A stretch of 64,000 nt of DNA, taken from NCBI RefSeq assembly GCF_021869535.1, contig NW_026262690.1:112220001-112284000 (forward strand). The letters run 5' to 3'. The notes beneath the pieces are model-generated. The model was not told the DNA's origin and did not search any database. It was given only the letters and a program-made list of their open reading frames with translations. The stretch comes from Mytilus californianus (Eukaryota). Positions 10,801 through 25,800 of the stretch are shown here, in pieces (position 1 is the first letter of the stretch; each line of letters opens with the position of its first letter). A program made the position numbers and the translations under genes.

Positions 10801-13800
10801 TCAGAGTCCTACATATATTTTTAATGAAATTAACAAATTTCAAGGCAAGAATGTGATTCGATTGATAGAATTTTCATTTAAATGAAGAAAACTATGTGAT
10901 TTTATCCTATTTTCACCCCAGTTTGCACAAATACAGAATTTAAAAAAAAAGTCAAAAAAATAAACTTATCATCATAAGGGGAGATAATTCATGTAATTTA
11001 ATTTTACGCAGGAATGTACTTAAAAAATATTTATGTCATAGCAAGAAAAAAGTAAACGGTGACCTTATTTCTCTTTTGATTTTCTTAATTCAAACTTGTC
11101 ATAATTTATCTGATAATTCTGTCATTGAGTTTTCTTTCTATATAATAAAGCTGTTTTCCTTGTATGATTCTTAAAACATTTGTCGATTTTTTACAACCTG
11201 TTAAACGTATCTTTATAACAAGCTTGGTGACTTATAATTGTTATCATATTTGAGACAAAGCACGATATAAACTATATTTGGGAAAGAATAAAAAAAAATC
11301 TGTCATTTTCTGTTTAAACCCCATACTGCCTTAATGGAATTGCAGTATCACCATTTGTACGACGGTTGATCAAGAGTACTTCTCATTTAGAATTAAACTT
11401 TCGAACTTTACAAATTGACCAATAATTAAAAATTTGAAGTGTTCAATATTGACTGGGGCCAAGTACTATTTGGTTACAGTTCACACCTGTGCAAACTTTC
11501 AACACCTGTGGGATTATCGAGATAGTGAATATGATAACATATAGATTTATTTAATATGATGAAGCATGCTTTTATAGGTTTTTGTAAACATTGTTACTGA
11601 CGGTAATTCAGACGTCAGTCAGCCATATAACACATTCACACAAATTTTAGACCTGAGAACTAAATGAAATTATTTACGAGTTATATCATATACTCTATTG
11701 TCATGAACACCAAAAAACAAGATCTTTTTAATATTTTTTTTTTGTCTTTTTCTTATATAAATTCTGCTCGAAAGGATTTCATTTTTTTTTCGAATATGAA
11801 GTGATTGAAATATATAGATACGAAATTAATTCGTAAATCTTAATTCATTTTAATGACAATGAGGTGATACTTATTTATTCCATGTATTAAATAAAAATGA
11901 AATAGTTGTATGATGTTCCTATTCAAATGAAAAATAAACAAAAACAAACCATCCAATTGTAAAATAAAAAATCAAATCTGAAAACGATTTCTTTTGGTTC
12001 CATCCATCAATTTTTGGCAAATATCAATCCAATAATTTTTTTTTAATTATTCTGATCATTATCAATATAATAAATATACTCACAAAGGATTACTTTCATT
12101 CATCTGTTTTATGATGTATTGTAATAAATTGGCAATAAATCTTCTTTTTTTAGAAAACGGACAACCTGTAGAATAACCAAAATATGATTTATTTCTTATA
12201 AAATATACGTCAAATGAATGTGTATGTGAAAAGCAGCCTGTACTGAATGGTAGTTTATTGTGAATAGCAGCTTGTTGTGAATGGCAGTTTGTTGTGAATA
12301 GCAGCTTGTTGTGAATAGCAGCTTGTTGTGAATGGTAGTTTGTTGTGAATAGCAGCTTGTTGTGAATGGCAGTTTGTTGTGAATGGCAGTTTGTTGTTAT
12401 ATTTGCAGTTTGACGTGAATTGCAGTAATGTGGGAATTGCAGTTTCTTGTAAACTGCAATTATTGTGAACGGTAGTTATGTGTGAATGGTTGTTTCTTAT
12501 GAATAGTGAATCTTTATCAGTCTGTGTTGCATCACTTCACCCACAACCTATTCCGGTATAGAAGACAATAAGATAAGATAAGATAAGATAAATTGTATTT
12601 CCAATAGAGGACCCATTATAGGCATAGTCAGTACATTGATTTTTTATATCACATAATTGCAATAGACAATACACAAGAAAATAAAAAAAAAAAGAAATAC
12701 AACTGAAAAAAAAAACATGAAATATAAATTGAGTTAATAATACATGTAGTCACGTAAACCAGTATGTTTAGTGTTTATTATGATTGATTGATTGATTGGT
12801 TGATTTCACGGTGTTTAACACCACTTTCAGCACTGATGATGAAGGAAGCCGGAGTGCACGGAGAGACCATATGTAAATATTAAAAAATATTTAGGTACAC
12901 TATATTAAATACCTTTCATTTCTCGCTCTATCTTGATTTCATTACATTTCGGCAACTGCTTTAAGGCAGACGTCCCTCGGATCGGGTCACCTGTTGATTC
13001 TTTAACACACCAGCAATATCCCGAAGAGTTGTGACACTGTGCCTGTGACCAAAGACCAGTGTTTGTACAGGATGGGATAAATGTTCCACCAGTAGGATCT
13101 TGTCTGTTTTGTATCAGGGCAGCCTCCCTCTCTTCTATACAACTCTTTGTTTCTATTTAATACGATAATGTTACATTATAACATACGATTACATAATATT
13201 ATATATCATGTAATTTTTTTGAAATATTCATACATGCAAAAAGCAAAGCTAAATAGGCTAAATCTACGTAAAATAATATTTTCTACGTGGATTTGTTTTA
13301 CTTTTAAATGCCCTATAAGGTCTTGATCAATTCAGATAAACATGTTTATGAATAGACATATTCAAGTTAGGGTACCCACTTCTTGTACCGCTATGATAAT
13401 ACCTTTGAAGTTTAAATCACAATCTAAAGGTTAACTCTCTGAAAAGGTCAATTTTCTCTGGACCCGAGAGTGACCAGGTTATACTGTACTCAAATTTTCC
13501 CACATTGTCCAAATCAAATATAAAAGAATTAAATACATGATTTATTTGCCATAAAAATACTTAACTAAATCATTTTGGGTTGTTATGCATATAAATTATG
13601 TATTTTCTATCTTATGTAATATATCAAAATAACGTTAAGTTATTACTTTATATTCATGCCATATTCCTAAATCAAATTATATACAATATAAATCAACTGT
13701 GTTACAGATGAAAATATTACTTTACTATAGCAAAGACTGCAAGCAAAAGCTCTTGAATGCAAAATATTGCAGTAAAGTTTGTAACAAAACTATATATTTA

Positions 13801-16800
13801 AGTTTATTTCATGGCAGACGATAAAGATAACACGTTGTCGACCTCACCCACCTAGTTCCAAGTTTGTAAACATAACTGATACCATATTCGTTCTTGTAAA
13901 GAAAATATGAACTTTTTTGCTTGTCTATGTGACAACTATCCAAGAGAATCCAAATGACGTGGATTTAAACAACTATAGGTCACCCTACGGCCTTCATGTG
14001 GTCTTTTTAAAAATTTACTCGCATAGCAAAACAGCACCTTCTGGTTTTGAACAAATCGTATTTAGAAACGCATTTGTATCTTTTGAAAAAAATAATCCTT
14101 TACTAAAAGTGAAAAAGATTATTATAAAATTCTTTTAGTCAACAAAAACTCTGAAAAAACGAGAAGTTCCAGTATATATATATATATATTAGAGCAAAGC
14201 AAGAATAGGTTAGCTAAGGTAAAGTATAAATATCTTACTATCATCCGTGTCTGGTGGCGGGGTGTTACTAGGTTGATGGGGAATAAGCCCTTTTGGAGGC
14301 CAGGGTTTCCTTGACAAATCTATTAGGGAGGTCTTGCTTTCTGTGATACAAAGAAATTACATTCACTTCAACAAAGTCGATTCATTACAATACTATTACA
14401 GTGAAACCGGTCTAAACCGAACCTCTACGGGACTTTATATTTAGTTCGGTTTTGGCAGATGTTCGGTTTAATCAGGTTCACAACACATAACATTTGATAT
14501 GACTGGATTTTAGAGCATGCTTGATTTAGACAAGTTTTTGGTTTATGCAAGATTCGGTTTAGACAGGTTTCACTGTAATTAGTAAAAAAAGATAGCTTTC
14601 AATAATTCGTCACTGCCGTCGGAAATTCTATCAATATAAGTGAAATATATATCAAAATCAGGTAAAATGTAATTAAGTTTGAATTCTCTTATGCAAGTCA
14701 AAACATTCAATATGTGAATTTTTTGCATCTCCCGATTTTGTACTATATTAAACGCATTTTGATAAAATTCGATGCCAGTGGTTCCGTTTCGAACATAAAG
14801 TACTACAGATTAGCCTACCAAGTTTTTTTTCTAAAGAAAATAAGAAGTATGCTTTTTTTCTCACCAGTCAAGATTCAAATGAAGATTGTGTTTGTTTTCT
14901 TGAACATTAAATATTCAAACAATATGATAAAACTAAAAGTATTGTATTTGTCTTTTATTTGATATTAATTAAATGGTCAAACTTTAATGCTCCTTAATAA
15001 TACCACCTTTTTATAATGACCAATAGTCACACTCATTTTTCCTAACTTTAAAGAATGGTATTCATATTTACGAATATATAACTTCACAATTATATCTCCA
15101 ACATCCAAGTTGTGCTCTTATAATATTAAAACTTTACACGTATACACGAATTAACACCTAGCTCTAAAATACGAGCAAATTACATTATTTGTCTATTAGA
15201 GACTGTACTTTAGTCCACGTGTTGTGCTATGTTGTAACACGTTTGTAATTTGGGATCTGTAGATTCTGCTACTAACTTACATAAAAAATTCGAATCTGAC
15301 TGAATAACAAATTAAGTTACAAATGCGCGTAGCGCAGTGTGTTTTTCTGTCATCGAGCACTTTCCGAAATTTGAATTATTGTAATAGTAAAAACACATTG
15401 TTACATTGACTTTAAATGTTAATGAAGTATATAAAATGCGTTGAACTTTATCTTTTTTACGCGTTTCCAAATTTATTTTGCATGTGAAACATCAGATTTT
15501 CTTCGAACTTTGGAATATAATTTGAATTAGCGGTATTTTTGCGCCTGTCCCAAGTCAGAAACCTCTGGTCTTTGTTAGTCTTGTTGATCTTGTATGTTTT
15601 TTTTTATTTTGGTTCATTTATATGTTTCGGGGTTTAGCGTGGCGTCCATTATTGCTGAGCTGTATACATTATTGTTTGGGGGTCAGCTGAAACCCGCCTC
15701 CGGGTGCAGGATTTGCTCGTTGTGTTGAAGACCCATTGGTGGCCTTGGCTGTTTTCTGCTCTTTGGTCGGGTTGTTGCCTCTTTGACACATTCCCCGTTT
15801 CCATTCTCAATTTTATTAAACTGTTTTATCTAATAGGTATGAACAATAATTCCTATGAAATTATTTCAATTGAAGTCTGTTTTAAAAATCTCTTTTGGTC
15901 TTTACATCAATCCAATGTATCATAACAGTTTGGAAATATTTGAAAATGTTTCAACATATTTTCAGTATATTTTACAGAATATTCTAAAATACTGAATTTC
16001 AGATGCATGTCTTTGTATGTTTTTACTACTTTTAATTTGATACAGCGAGTGAAATAAATACGGACGACATTACTACCATATTTTCTTGCCATGGTCTATT
16101 TGGTTATACAACAAATGTGTACAGTAGTCATCGTTCAGTTCAACAATAATTATAAATGTGTAATATATATATAAGTGTGTATACATAACAATGTTCTATC
16201 ATATTACAAAATAAAGCTATTCAATGATAACTGCGACTAAACATTAGCTCTGCACAAAGCATGGAAGCTGCCTCAGAAGCTACACTCATAAAAATAAACA
16301 AAAAAATAAAATATTTCTTGTTATTATGCATGAGGGTCTGGGTGGGGTCCTCTAGTTCTGTTTTCTTTAATTTGTAAGCCTTTTTCTCAATTCTTTATTA
16401 TTTATTATGTTTACCTTTTTTTCTCAGCTCTTTTTTTTAGCTATTTATTCTGCGTGTTTTGCTCATTATTCTCTATTTTGTAAACTCCACCCATACCCTC
16501 ATGCATCATAAGGTAGTTAAAAAATTACTTTTGAAATTCAACATGTATAAATAATATGTTTTGAAACTATTGACGCTTAGAAATTGATTGTAATAAATAA
16601 AAAAAGAAAGGCCAAAAAATATATAATTGTTTCCGGCCTCCTGGCAGTTAAATATAGGGTACATGTAGGTAGATTGATAAAATCATTTTTTTTTAATAAT
16701 TTACATGTTATTTAGGAAAATATTCTGGGCTTAAACGGTGCTTAACCAAACTGTCTGGACTTGAAAAGATTAACCAACAATGTAAAAAAAATATGGAAGG

Positions 16801-19800
16801 ATACGCATGATAATTTAGGTAGGATAGGATGGCAGGAAACATAATTATATTTTTTCAGCCTAAGTACTTCAACTTGTATAACTGTTTGTTTTCTTTTTAA
16901 ACTATTAACTCTGATAACTCTGAAACGATCTAATAAAAATACGGATCATGGGTCTAAGCTTTGCTTACAAGGATCTGAAAACACTCCAATCTACTTTCTG
17001 TTCTGGTAATTATTACATCTGCGAATGAAATTTCAGCCTTCAAATTTTTGAAGGTGTGTATTAATCCGACAAAACCAGAGGATCACAAAAGGCCTTTAAA
17101 ATAGAAAGTAGAACGGAGTGTTTTCAGATCCCTGTATGCAAAGCTCGGACATAGAATCTATATTTTTATCAGATTGAACTAAAACTTGATTTTAATTGAA
17201 GTGAAACAGTAAGTACCTTCAATCTGTGGTGGATCTCTCGGCTTCGTTCTTGCGTTGTCTTCTGATTTTAGGGAATTAAATATATAATACACTATATCAG
17301 ATAGGTTTATATACAACTGTCCTATTTTGATTCTTGGCTATTGCACTTGCCCGGTCTGCCGTTGTTAGTGTGTTAAGAGTTAGTAAAAGATAAGAGATTT
17401 GGAAATTTGGTTTCTCTCAGCACTTTCAATCCACACACAAACTATCTTTCTCTCATACAAACATACGGGCATACATCACACATATAAACAAACGCACACA
17501 CAAATGAATAAACAAGCACACACACAAATAAACAAACAAGCATACACACAAAGGAACAAACAAGCACACACACAAATGAACAAACAAGCACACACACATG
17601 AATAAACAAACACACTCCTAGCTTCCTCTCGTTTTCTCTCTTCATTTTGTCATCAGTCCCATATCTCTCAACCAAGCTTCCATTTCTCCAGAAATAAAGT
17701 TCACTATGCTTAAAATGTGCAATTTGAGAAATTAAGATCTAAATATCATTTTACATTTAAAGCAATGGAGGAACAGGAAAACTATTCTGTTCTGTAAAAG
17801 GAATGAGTTCATAGAGGAATTTAAATAAATGAATAGACTTTTTGTGGAATGCAGTGGGTTAATACTAAAAGCAGAAAAAAAGCCAAAAGAAGTGCAACAG
17901 CAAACCAAGCAAGAACAATAACTCTGGCAAACTGCTGTTCCTGATAAACTAACGTTTGCGTTAAATAACTATACTTGTATGTGTGTTTTGCAATATGGTA
18001 AAAATATGACTATATCTTAATATCAAATTTCGTCTGATCTTCAGACTTAGCAAAAAATGTACAACAACATATTGTGACTTATAACAGTTAATTGTGTAAT
18101 TGTAACTTCAGGATACAAAAGCTCCTCTAGAATAATATTTGAATTCCTGGTAATGTTTTATTGATAACAGATTGTCGTAGCAAATTCAAATGCCTTTCCC
18201 TAAAACCCCATTCCGGAAAATGAAGCTGATTTAAAATAGTTATTCAACAAAACAGGTTATCTCTTTTGCTGAAAAGTAGCGCTGGTGTCCGGCAAAGTTC
18301 ATGATCAGTAACATTGAGAAATAAATAAAGAACTAATACATGTTAAACTTGCAATTATAGTCTATTTCAATCACGAGCAGAAGTTGAAAAATGTATCTAT
18401 TTTAAATATTCCATGGAAATAAAAGACTCATACCAGTACTAGTCTTGTAAAGAGTTTATCTGCTTCAATATTAGCGTTCAGAATTGTATTTCGTTCCAGA
18501 TTTGAGTTTCGGGAAAAGGCTATGGGAACAACAGTTTGAAAACATTTTATTATATCAGTGACATTTAGTCAGTTAGGATCTACAGCAACTAAATATAAAA
18601 GATGTAAAAATTAGCATAGGAAAAGAGTATAGAGAGTACGTCAAATAGAGAGTATAAATTAAGCAAAATTTCTTTCTTTTAGATACTAAGTTTATAGAAA
18701 TACCTTATTAATAATTTATCTCCCATAGAAAACTTTTGGTGTCGAGTGCACCTGACGAATTTAAGTGGAAAACTGTTGGTTTCGAGTGCACCTGACGAAG
18801 TTAATTGTTCACTTACTACCACGTTGGTGATACCACAACTATTGACTGCCACTCTACAAGGGTAACAGCCGCCCGGTAGCCCTTGCTTCAGTTCTAGTCT
18901 AATCAAAATGATACACAGTGTTTTGATATGATAATTTGCAATCAGGTATAAAATAACTTTCGTGGTATATTTAAATGCGCTGTCTATCCCTTCCGCCTCA
19001 TTTCTTGTGAGGGGTGTCGGACTTGAAAGCTTTGATAAAGCCTTGCAATTAAAAAGATGGAGATAGGTATCCCTTATTTTTTAAAGGAGTATTTATCATG
19101 TGGTTATCTTTACAAATCCTAAACGTCCCACAGCTGATATAACATATATTACATTTCCTTAGTAACTTCGAGATATTTAACATGTACAAAAAATATTTTT
19201 ACAGTATTTTCTAGTATTTTAATCAAATAAAGTTAACTTTATGAAGGAAGATCAATTTGTTACTTTAAATCAATTAAATTGAACACAATCTATTTATACA
19301 GAAATAATCTTAGTCATTTTCATAGTTAAAGCCTATTATTATCTATTCCTTTTATTTAAGCGCTCCATTTATTTTTTTTTTTATTTTTTGGTCCTTAATA
19401 ATCTTTTATGTTGACCCCAAGACCCTGATGGATTTTAATAAGTAAGGTATAAAGCAACTAAAGAAACAGATATGAAATCAGATGTTACACAAGATACATG
19501 AAAAATGTTAAACTGAAATAAAAAAATGTCTAAAAATTATAAAATTTTATATGACAACTCTTCATTTAAAATGTTGTTTAAATAATACAATACAAGCCTT
19601 GAGCAGGTAACAAAAAACTCTAAATTTTGCATGACTCTCTCTAAATAATTGAATAAATTTTTGAATAAAGAAATAAATTAGACCTTTAAAAATTAGAATT
19701 TTAAAACAAACAATGCTTTTATGTTATTTCTAAAAGAATAGAAGTTTTTACAAATTGTAAGAAAATGGATGTCTTTTAAAAAAAATCGATATATAATAGA

Positions 19801-22800
19801 AAAGAACGGACTATTTTTGTATTTTAGTAACATGTTCTAACCGAAGTCGTTCGTAGTCTGATAAATGTAATGACTAACATCAAGTAAAACAGAATGGGAT
19901 CATTATAACAATAAGGAAAATATAACTTACTGGTTTCCTGTCTTGTTCTTCCCCTGTTACCTAAATAACGGGAAAAACCAGTATGAAGATAAGGCATGCA
20001 TGCTAAACTTTTTCAAAATAATTGAACTTTGGCAAAGAAACCTATAAGTTAGTTTTAGGATAATTGTTCGATATATCTTTTTAAATCCTGATATCAATTT
20101 TTCAAAGAAATATTATTTTTCTTTACTAATCGTTTGGACAAAAATCGAATTTTTGCTCTTTTCTGACTGCAAAACAAGTTAAATAAAACTGCCGTGCAGA
20201 CATCAAAACATGAAGCGCCATTTGATATTCCATACACTAGTTAATAGAATCATACATAAGGTTATCGTTTTGTTACTCAAAAGTCAACTTTTATGAATCA
20301 ACTAGAAATTAGGATTTTCATCATCTCTAAAAAAAAAGGGGTCCACAAAATTTAAAGGAATAGAATTTAGAAGCATACAGTGAAACAAAAAGAGAAGACA
20401 TCAAGTAAGAGGTCTTGGTGTTTTTTTCAAAAATAGACAAGCATTCACACCAAGTGAAGCTTCGAAGCGTATTAGACAAGCTCTAAAGCGTATCAAACTA
20501 GCTCTAAGGCATATATCTAAAGCAACTTCATCATAAGTAAAGTAAGAAAATTAATTGACAATCAACAGAACATGCATAAAAAAATATTTCTAAAATAGTA
20601 CTTTGTTACGCACACCTTTTCCTAATGACTTGATCATCACATTACCTGCAGGACAGCGTTCGCATCGGGTAATTGTGTTTTGTCTAGTCCGATAGTTGAA
20701 ATTCGTGACTATTTGAACAAAATATAAATCAAATGTATGAAGCAAAAGGAGGCAAATGTTGATTTCAGCACTAATAATAATGTAAGTAGGACTTGTTGTC
20801 TAATTAAAAAAAAAAGTGGAATTTTGCATATGTACTTACCGTTTAAATCCACACCGAGACACGACGTCCATTCTCCCTTTTCTATCCGTTTATTTTGATC
20901 ATAATCACAGTATGAAATAAATGTTTTTGCACATGCCCTTGGCTTAATTACTTTTTTGACCATTTTTTTCAAAGAACGAACTTCTTTTCGTCTTAATTTA
21001 TTGTCTTTATTTCTATCTAGTTCTGAAAACTTCCACTCAGCAACACGTTTCTCACGTGAATTATCTGAATTATTTAAAGAATCCTCTGTTTCTGAAAAAA
21101 AGGTAAAACATTTTTTAGCAATATTTCATTTTTAATTTTTTTTTCACTGAAAATGATTAAGAAAAGATAAAACATATTTTTAGCAATATTTCATTTTTTA
21201 TTTTTTTTTTTTCACTGAAAAGATGAAGAAAAAGATAATCTTGTTTAAAATCCAATCGATTCGAATCTTAAAATCACTTTTATGTCAGTTGCGGAAAATC
21301 TGTTTTGCAGATAACAATGCATATGCTACAGAGATTCTGAAAATCCTTTCCCTCTTTTTACCATCGGCTTGTGACCGGATTTTGATTTTCAAATGTCATG
21401 ACGGGGAGCGACAAGACACGTGTCATTCTAAACAGGAATTGCTTACCCTTACGGAGAACTTGAGTTTAGTGTCGACCCTGATATTTATGAAGTTGCCGAA
21501 TTATAAGTAAAATTATTAAATTTTGCTTGTCTTGTCGTCTCTTTCTCCTAACAATTTTTAGAAACATTGAAAAATTCAGAATCATTTTAACACAGACGTT
21601 TAAAAAACTGAAGTGAAGTTATTCCATTGTGTAAATTTTGATTTTGTTCATGTTCAAGCTGGACAGTGATCCCCCTTTTCCTGTTCCATGATCAGTAAAA
21701 ACCGTATTTGACTTTGTTATTACTATTTTCAGCAAAAGCTCTACATAGTGCTGTCTCTTTATTCAATCTATGAATTTGGTATTTCATATTAATTCTACTA
21801 GTTGGAATGATACTACTCTTTAATACAACAGTTGATCTAAACTTCAATTAAAATCTTTAATTTCAAATCTACCAAAACTGGACTTTGCATCCCATGTGAT
21901 ACAGTTTTTCAACTTGATTTTAAACAGCGTGTTTTTTATTTGGTACTATGCTAAATGTTGTGTCCATTTGTGTGCTTAAGTGTTTTTTGTAAAATGAACA
22001 AAATTTTCCTTTTGAAACTCTGTCCATTAAAACAATTAACAGATTCACCAATGGCAATTGTTTGGAAATTATCACTAAAATATGTAAAAAAAAATTGACA
22101 TGATGTACACACCGTGTATAATCATAAATTTAGATGATTTTATTTTTCCCTTTTGCAAAACAGTTACCTACAAAGTATCTTCTTCCTATAGGGAAAACGA
22201 TGCTTTAGCGTTGATTTATGAATAATAAACGTATTTGTCGCATACAAATATCTTTATGCATATTGTAAAAACAAATAAATAAACTTAAATTGTTATCCTC
22301 GTATATAAATGATACTATAAGTGCCTATAGACAAACATCTGTTAGGTTACGTAACACTATACATATTTGATGGACATGGGAAAGAATTTGATTTACATTT
22401 TTGTTTGTTTGCTATTGAAAATGAAATGAAAAACGGCCGTAAACATCGCCTTCGAAGCGCACGTACTCTTCCTGCGCAGTCATAGTCGGTACACATATAT
22501 ACTAGCTTCTTTGGTGAAGTTTATAGCGCCCAGGCATGTACATTCAAATTGTTTAATGACGATTGGCGCTATAAATAGTGAAAACTAGAGTGATCGGAGA
22601 CCGTACAAGAAAAAGGGAAAATTTCCAACCATTCTATTACTACTAATTAATATTGTTTCACTTTTTAGATATTCTAATAACGCCATACATCACATAAACC
22701 ATTCCTCTATATTTTTCGGTCTTTTTTGTGCATGCTTCATTCTTCCTGCCATTTCAAGAACAAAAAACGTGTCAGTTTTCAGTGTTTTTTACATATATTT

Positions 22801-25800
22801 GTTAACAAAACCGACAATGCCCTGTATGCAAGACAAAACTGCGAACAAATAGGAGTTACTGTAGTTTCTGTTCTGACAATGACGGAAACATTCCCGCATA
22901 CACATAATCAATAAATTAAAGTGTCTAGTTTCTGTTTAATATAATCAACTTAGAGCATCAACGTGTTGTGTGGGATGTTAAAAACCCCAACAAACTACAT
23001 ATAACTGATACATTTCATTAAAAAGCCAATCACGTTGTAATATACAGACTTGCGGGAAAACCTCACTTTCTTTACTGTGTTATTACAGTTTCTGGTATCT
23101 TTATTTTCGTTCACTCCCCCCATGCAATCATTCAAAGGTCTCTTCCAGTAACAAGAGGATAATTTCTTTTCGACCCTTCCAGTTGACTAGTAACCACTCA
23201 TTTCGGTAATGGGGATATATTTAATGAGGTTCAAACCCAAATAGGTTAAACCTTGTCCAGGTATGGAATACAAACTACCGCTAAGATTTAAGACCATTTA
23301 CATATAAAAATAAGGAGATGTGGTATGATTGCCAATGAGATGGTATATGTATATACAAAATACTCACTGCTGCCTGTTGTCAAGCTTTTTGCTCGCTCAT
23401 ATTCTTTTATAAAAGTTTGCATAAGATTTTTATTGAATTCAGCTCTATCTGATTTTCTGCACGCTGCAAAATAAAACGTTTTGTTCATATGAAAAATATG
23501 AAGAATTAACACATATCATATAGTCGACTTATATTTAAAAGATATAATTGGTGATGTCTGTTTCAAAAAACCTAATAAAGAACAACTAAAATATATGTAC
23601 TAAAATTTTATATAAAATATAGTTTATTTCAAACAAACTTCTGCAGTACTTTGTACTTTTTATGCTTATTCAAATTCAAACATTTCAAATCAAAGGAACC
23701 TTTCCCCCTTTGCACACATGTATGTACATGTAGCTTAGAGGTTACACGTGCAACCGTTTTACTCGAACAGACCGACCTGATATCCTACTCAGCGTCTTTA
23801 ATTTGTGGGACCAAACATAACATATTAAAATAAGGAGATGTGGTATGATTGCCAATGAGACAACTATCTACCCAAGTTCAAATGAAATGGATGTAAGCAA
23901 TTATAGGCTATCGCACGGCCTTCAACAATGAGAAAAACCCATACCGTATAGTCGGCTATAAAAGGCCCCAACATGGAAAATATGAAACAATTCAATTGTG
24001 AAAACTAACGGCCTAATTTAGGAAAAAAACACTATACGAAAAGCAAGTTTGACAGACATGAACCAACGACAACCACTGAACTACAGGCTCCTGACTTTGG
24101 ACAGACACATATAGAATGTGGCGGGGTTAAACATGTTTATAAGCGCTCAACCCTCCCCCTAACCTGGGACAGTGGTGTACAGCAACACATAAGAACAATG
24201 TCCTCTTTTATTCGTACAACAAGAAGCACATGCAATAGAGTTCGTACTATGTCTGACAATATTTGACTAATTTGCAGTCGTACATTGAAATATATTGTTG
24301 CAGGATTTTAAAATCGATCTTTTGCCCTCGCTCGTCATGAATTTTTTCGATGGTTTATCGTAGTGACTGGATATAACGGCTCTTTACATAGCAAAACTAC
24401 ACTTGATATTCAACAGATATGAAACCTATAACAACGGGTACGAGTTTCTCATTAGGATATGAATCAATTTTGGAATACTCACCTTTCTTTTTTCTTGATC
24501 TATCTTTATTTCTAAATGATTTCTTCGTTCTAGATTTGCCTAAAATTAGAATTAAATTATATTGGATTAGTAAAGAACTATAAATGTATATATTTTTAAT
24601 GTGCGTATTGTTATGCGTTTACTTTTCTACATTGGCTAGAGGTATAGGGGGAGGGTTGAGATCTCATAAACATGTTTAACCCCGCCGCATTTTTGCGCCT
24701 GTCCCAAGTCAGGAGCCTCTAGCCTTTGTTAGTCTTGTATTATTTTTAATTTTAGTTTCTTGTGTACAATTTGGAGTTAGTATGGCGTTCATTATCACTG
24801 AACTAGTATATATATTTGTTTAGGGGCCAGCTGAAGGACGCCTCCGGGTGCGGGAATTTCTCGCTGCATTGAAGACCTGTTGGTGACCTTCTGCTGTTGT
24901 CTGTTCTATGGTCGGGTTGTTGTCTCTTTGACACATTCCCCATTTCCATTCTCAATTTTATGTTTTTTTCCATAACATATGATTGTGTTCTCTTAATTTG
25001 TTTTTGTTATACAAAATATCAAAGATGCAACGATTGTTCTTGTTTTTATTACAATTATATATTTACATCTTGGTCAAGTTAAACCAGTTTGAATTTTGTT
25101 CAGAATTAAGAGAAACAAAACAAGTCAAAAAGATATAATTTTGGATTTATAAGGGTCTGCGGCTCTTTTCACAAAAAATCTTAAGAGTAAAAATACTCGT
25201 AAGTCATACACATTTCAGTATAACGTACGATCAATTTTAATCGTAAGATTTTTTGTGAAAAGAGTCGCTGGAGCGGAGGGTCCATCTGTATTCTTTTAAT
25301 TTTTAAGTAATTTTTCTCTATTCTATATTGATTTGCTTAATGTTTGAATTCTCTATTGTTTAGATTTAAGCACTCAAACTATTCTCTTTGCTTTATTTGA
25401 ATGATTTTTTCTTTCTATTCTTTATTTATGTGGTCAATTCGTGCCCATTGTATATGCAAATACATATAATACACGTCTGAAAAGTGTCCAACACCACAAA
25501 AACAACAAAAAGAATATTTAATAATAAATATAAAAATTAATTAGTATTTAGGGTAACAAATGTTCCTGATCAGTATAAGAAGTCTGATGAAAAATGGCAA
25601 CAAAAATTATATTGAAAGTTATTCTGATTGAATTAGTTGATTGTTGTTTAATAATGTCCAGTGTAAAGTAAATGTGTATGTTGTATTTCAAGTGGGTATT
25701 AATCCATTATGGTTAAAGATGCCTTTCGATGCAAAATTTCGCCAAAACATGTACAATTTGCAACAATGTCTTAAACACCATTAGTACCGCTGATATTTAG

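Noticed and set aside
18434-18519. 86-nt exon candidate with good splice sites
   Set aside because: Open only phase 1 to 0, which puts the downstream TY2 exon out of frame; no compensating exon found.
20384-20536. Plus-strand cationic amphipathic ORF (KRIRQALKRIKLALRHISK)
   Set aside because: No ATG or usable acceptor; periodicity comes from a local 21-bp duplication.
24824-24890. Family C CUGAAGGA / CUGAGGA segment as a hammerhead or tRNA head
   Set aside because: No GAAA after the hairpin, core not conserved among the three copies, and no Pol III B box.
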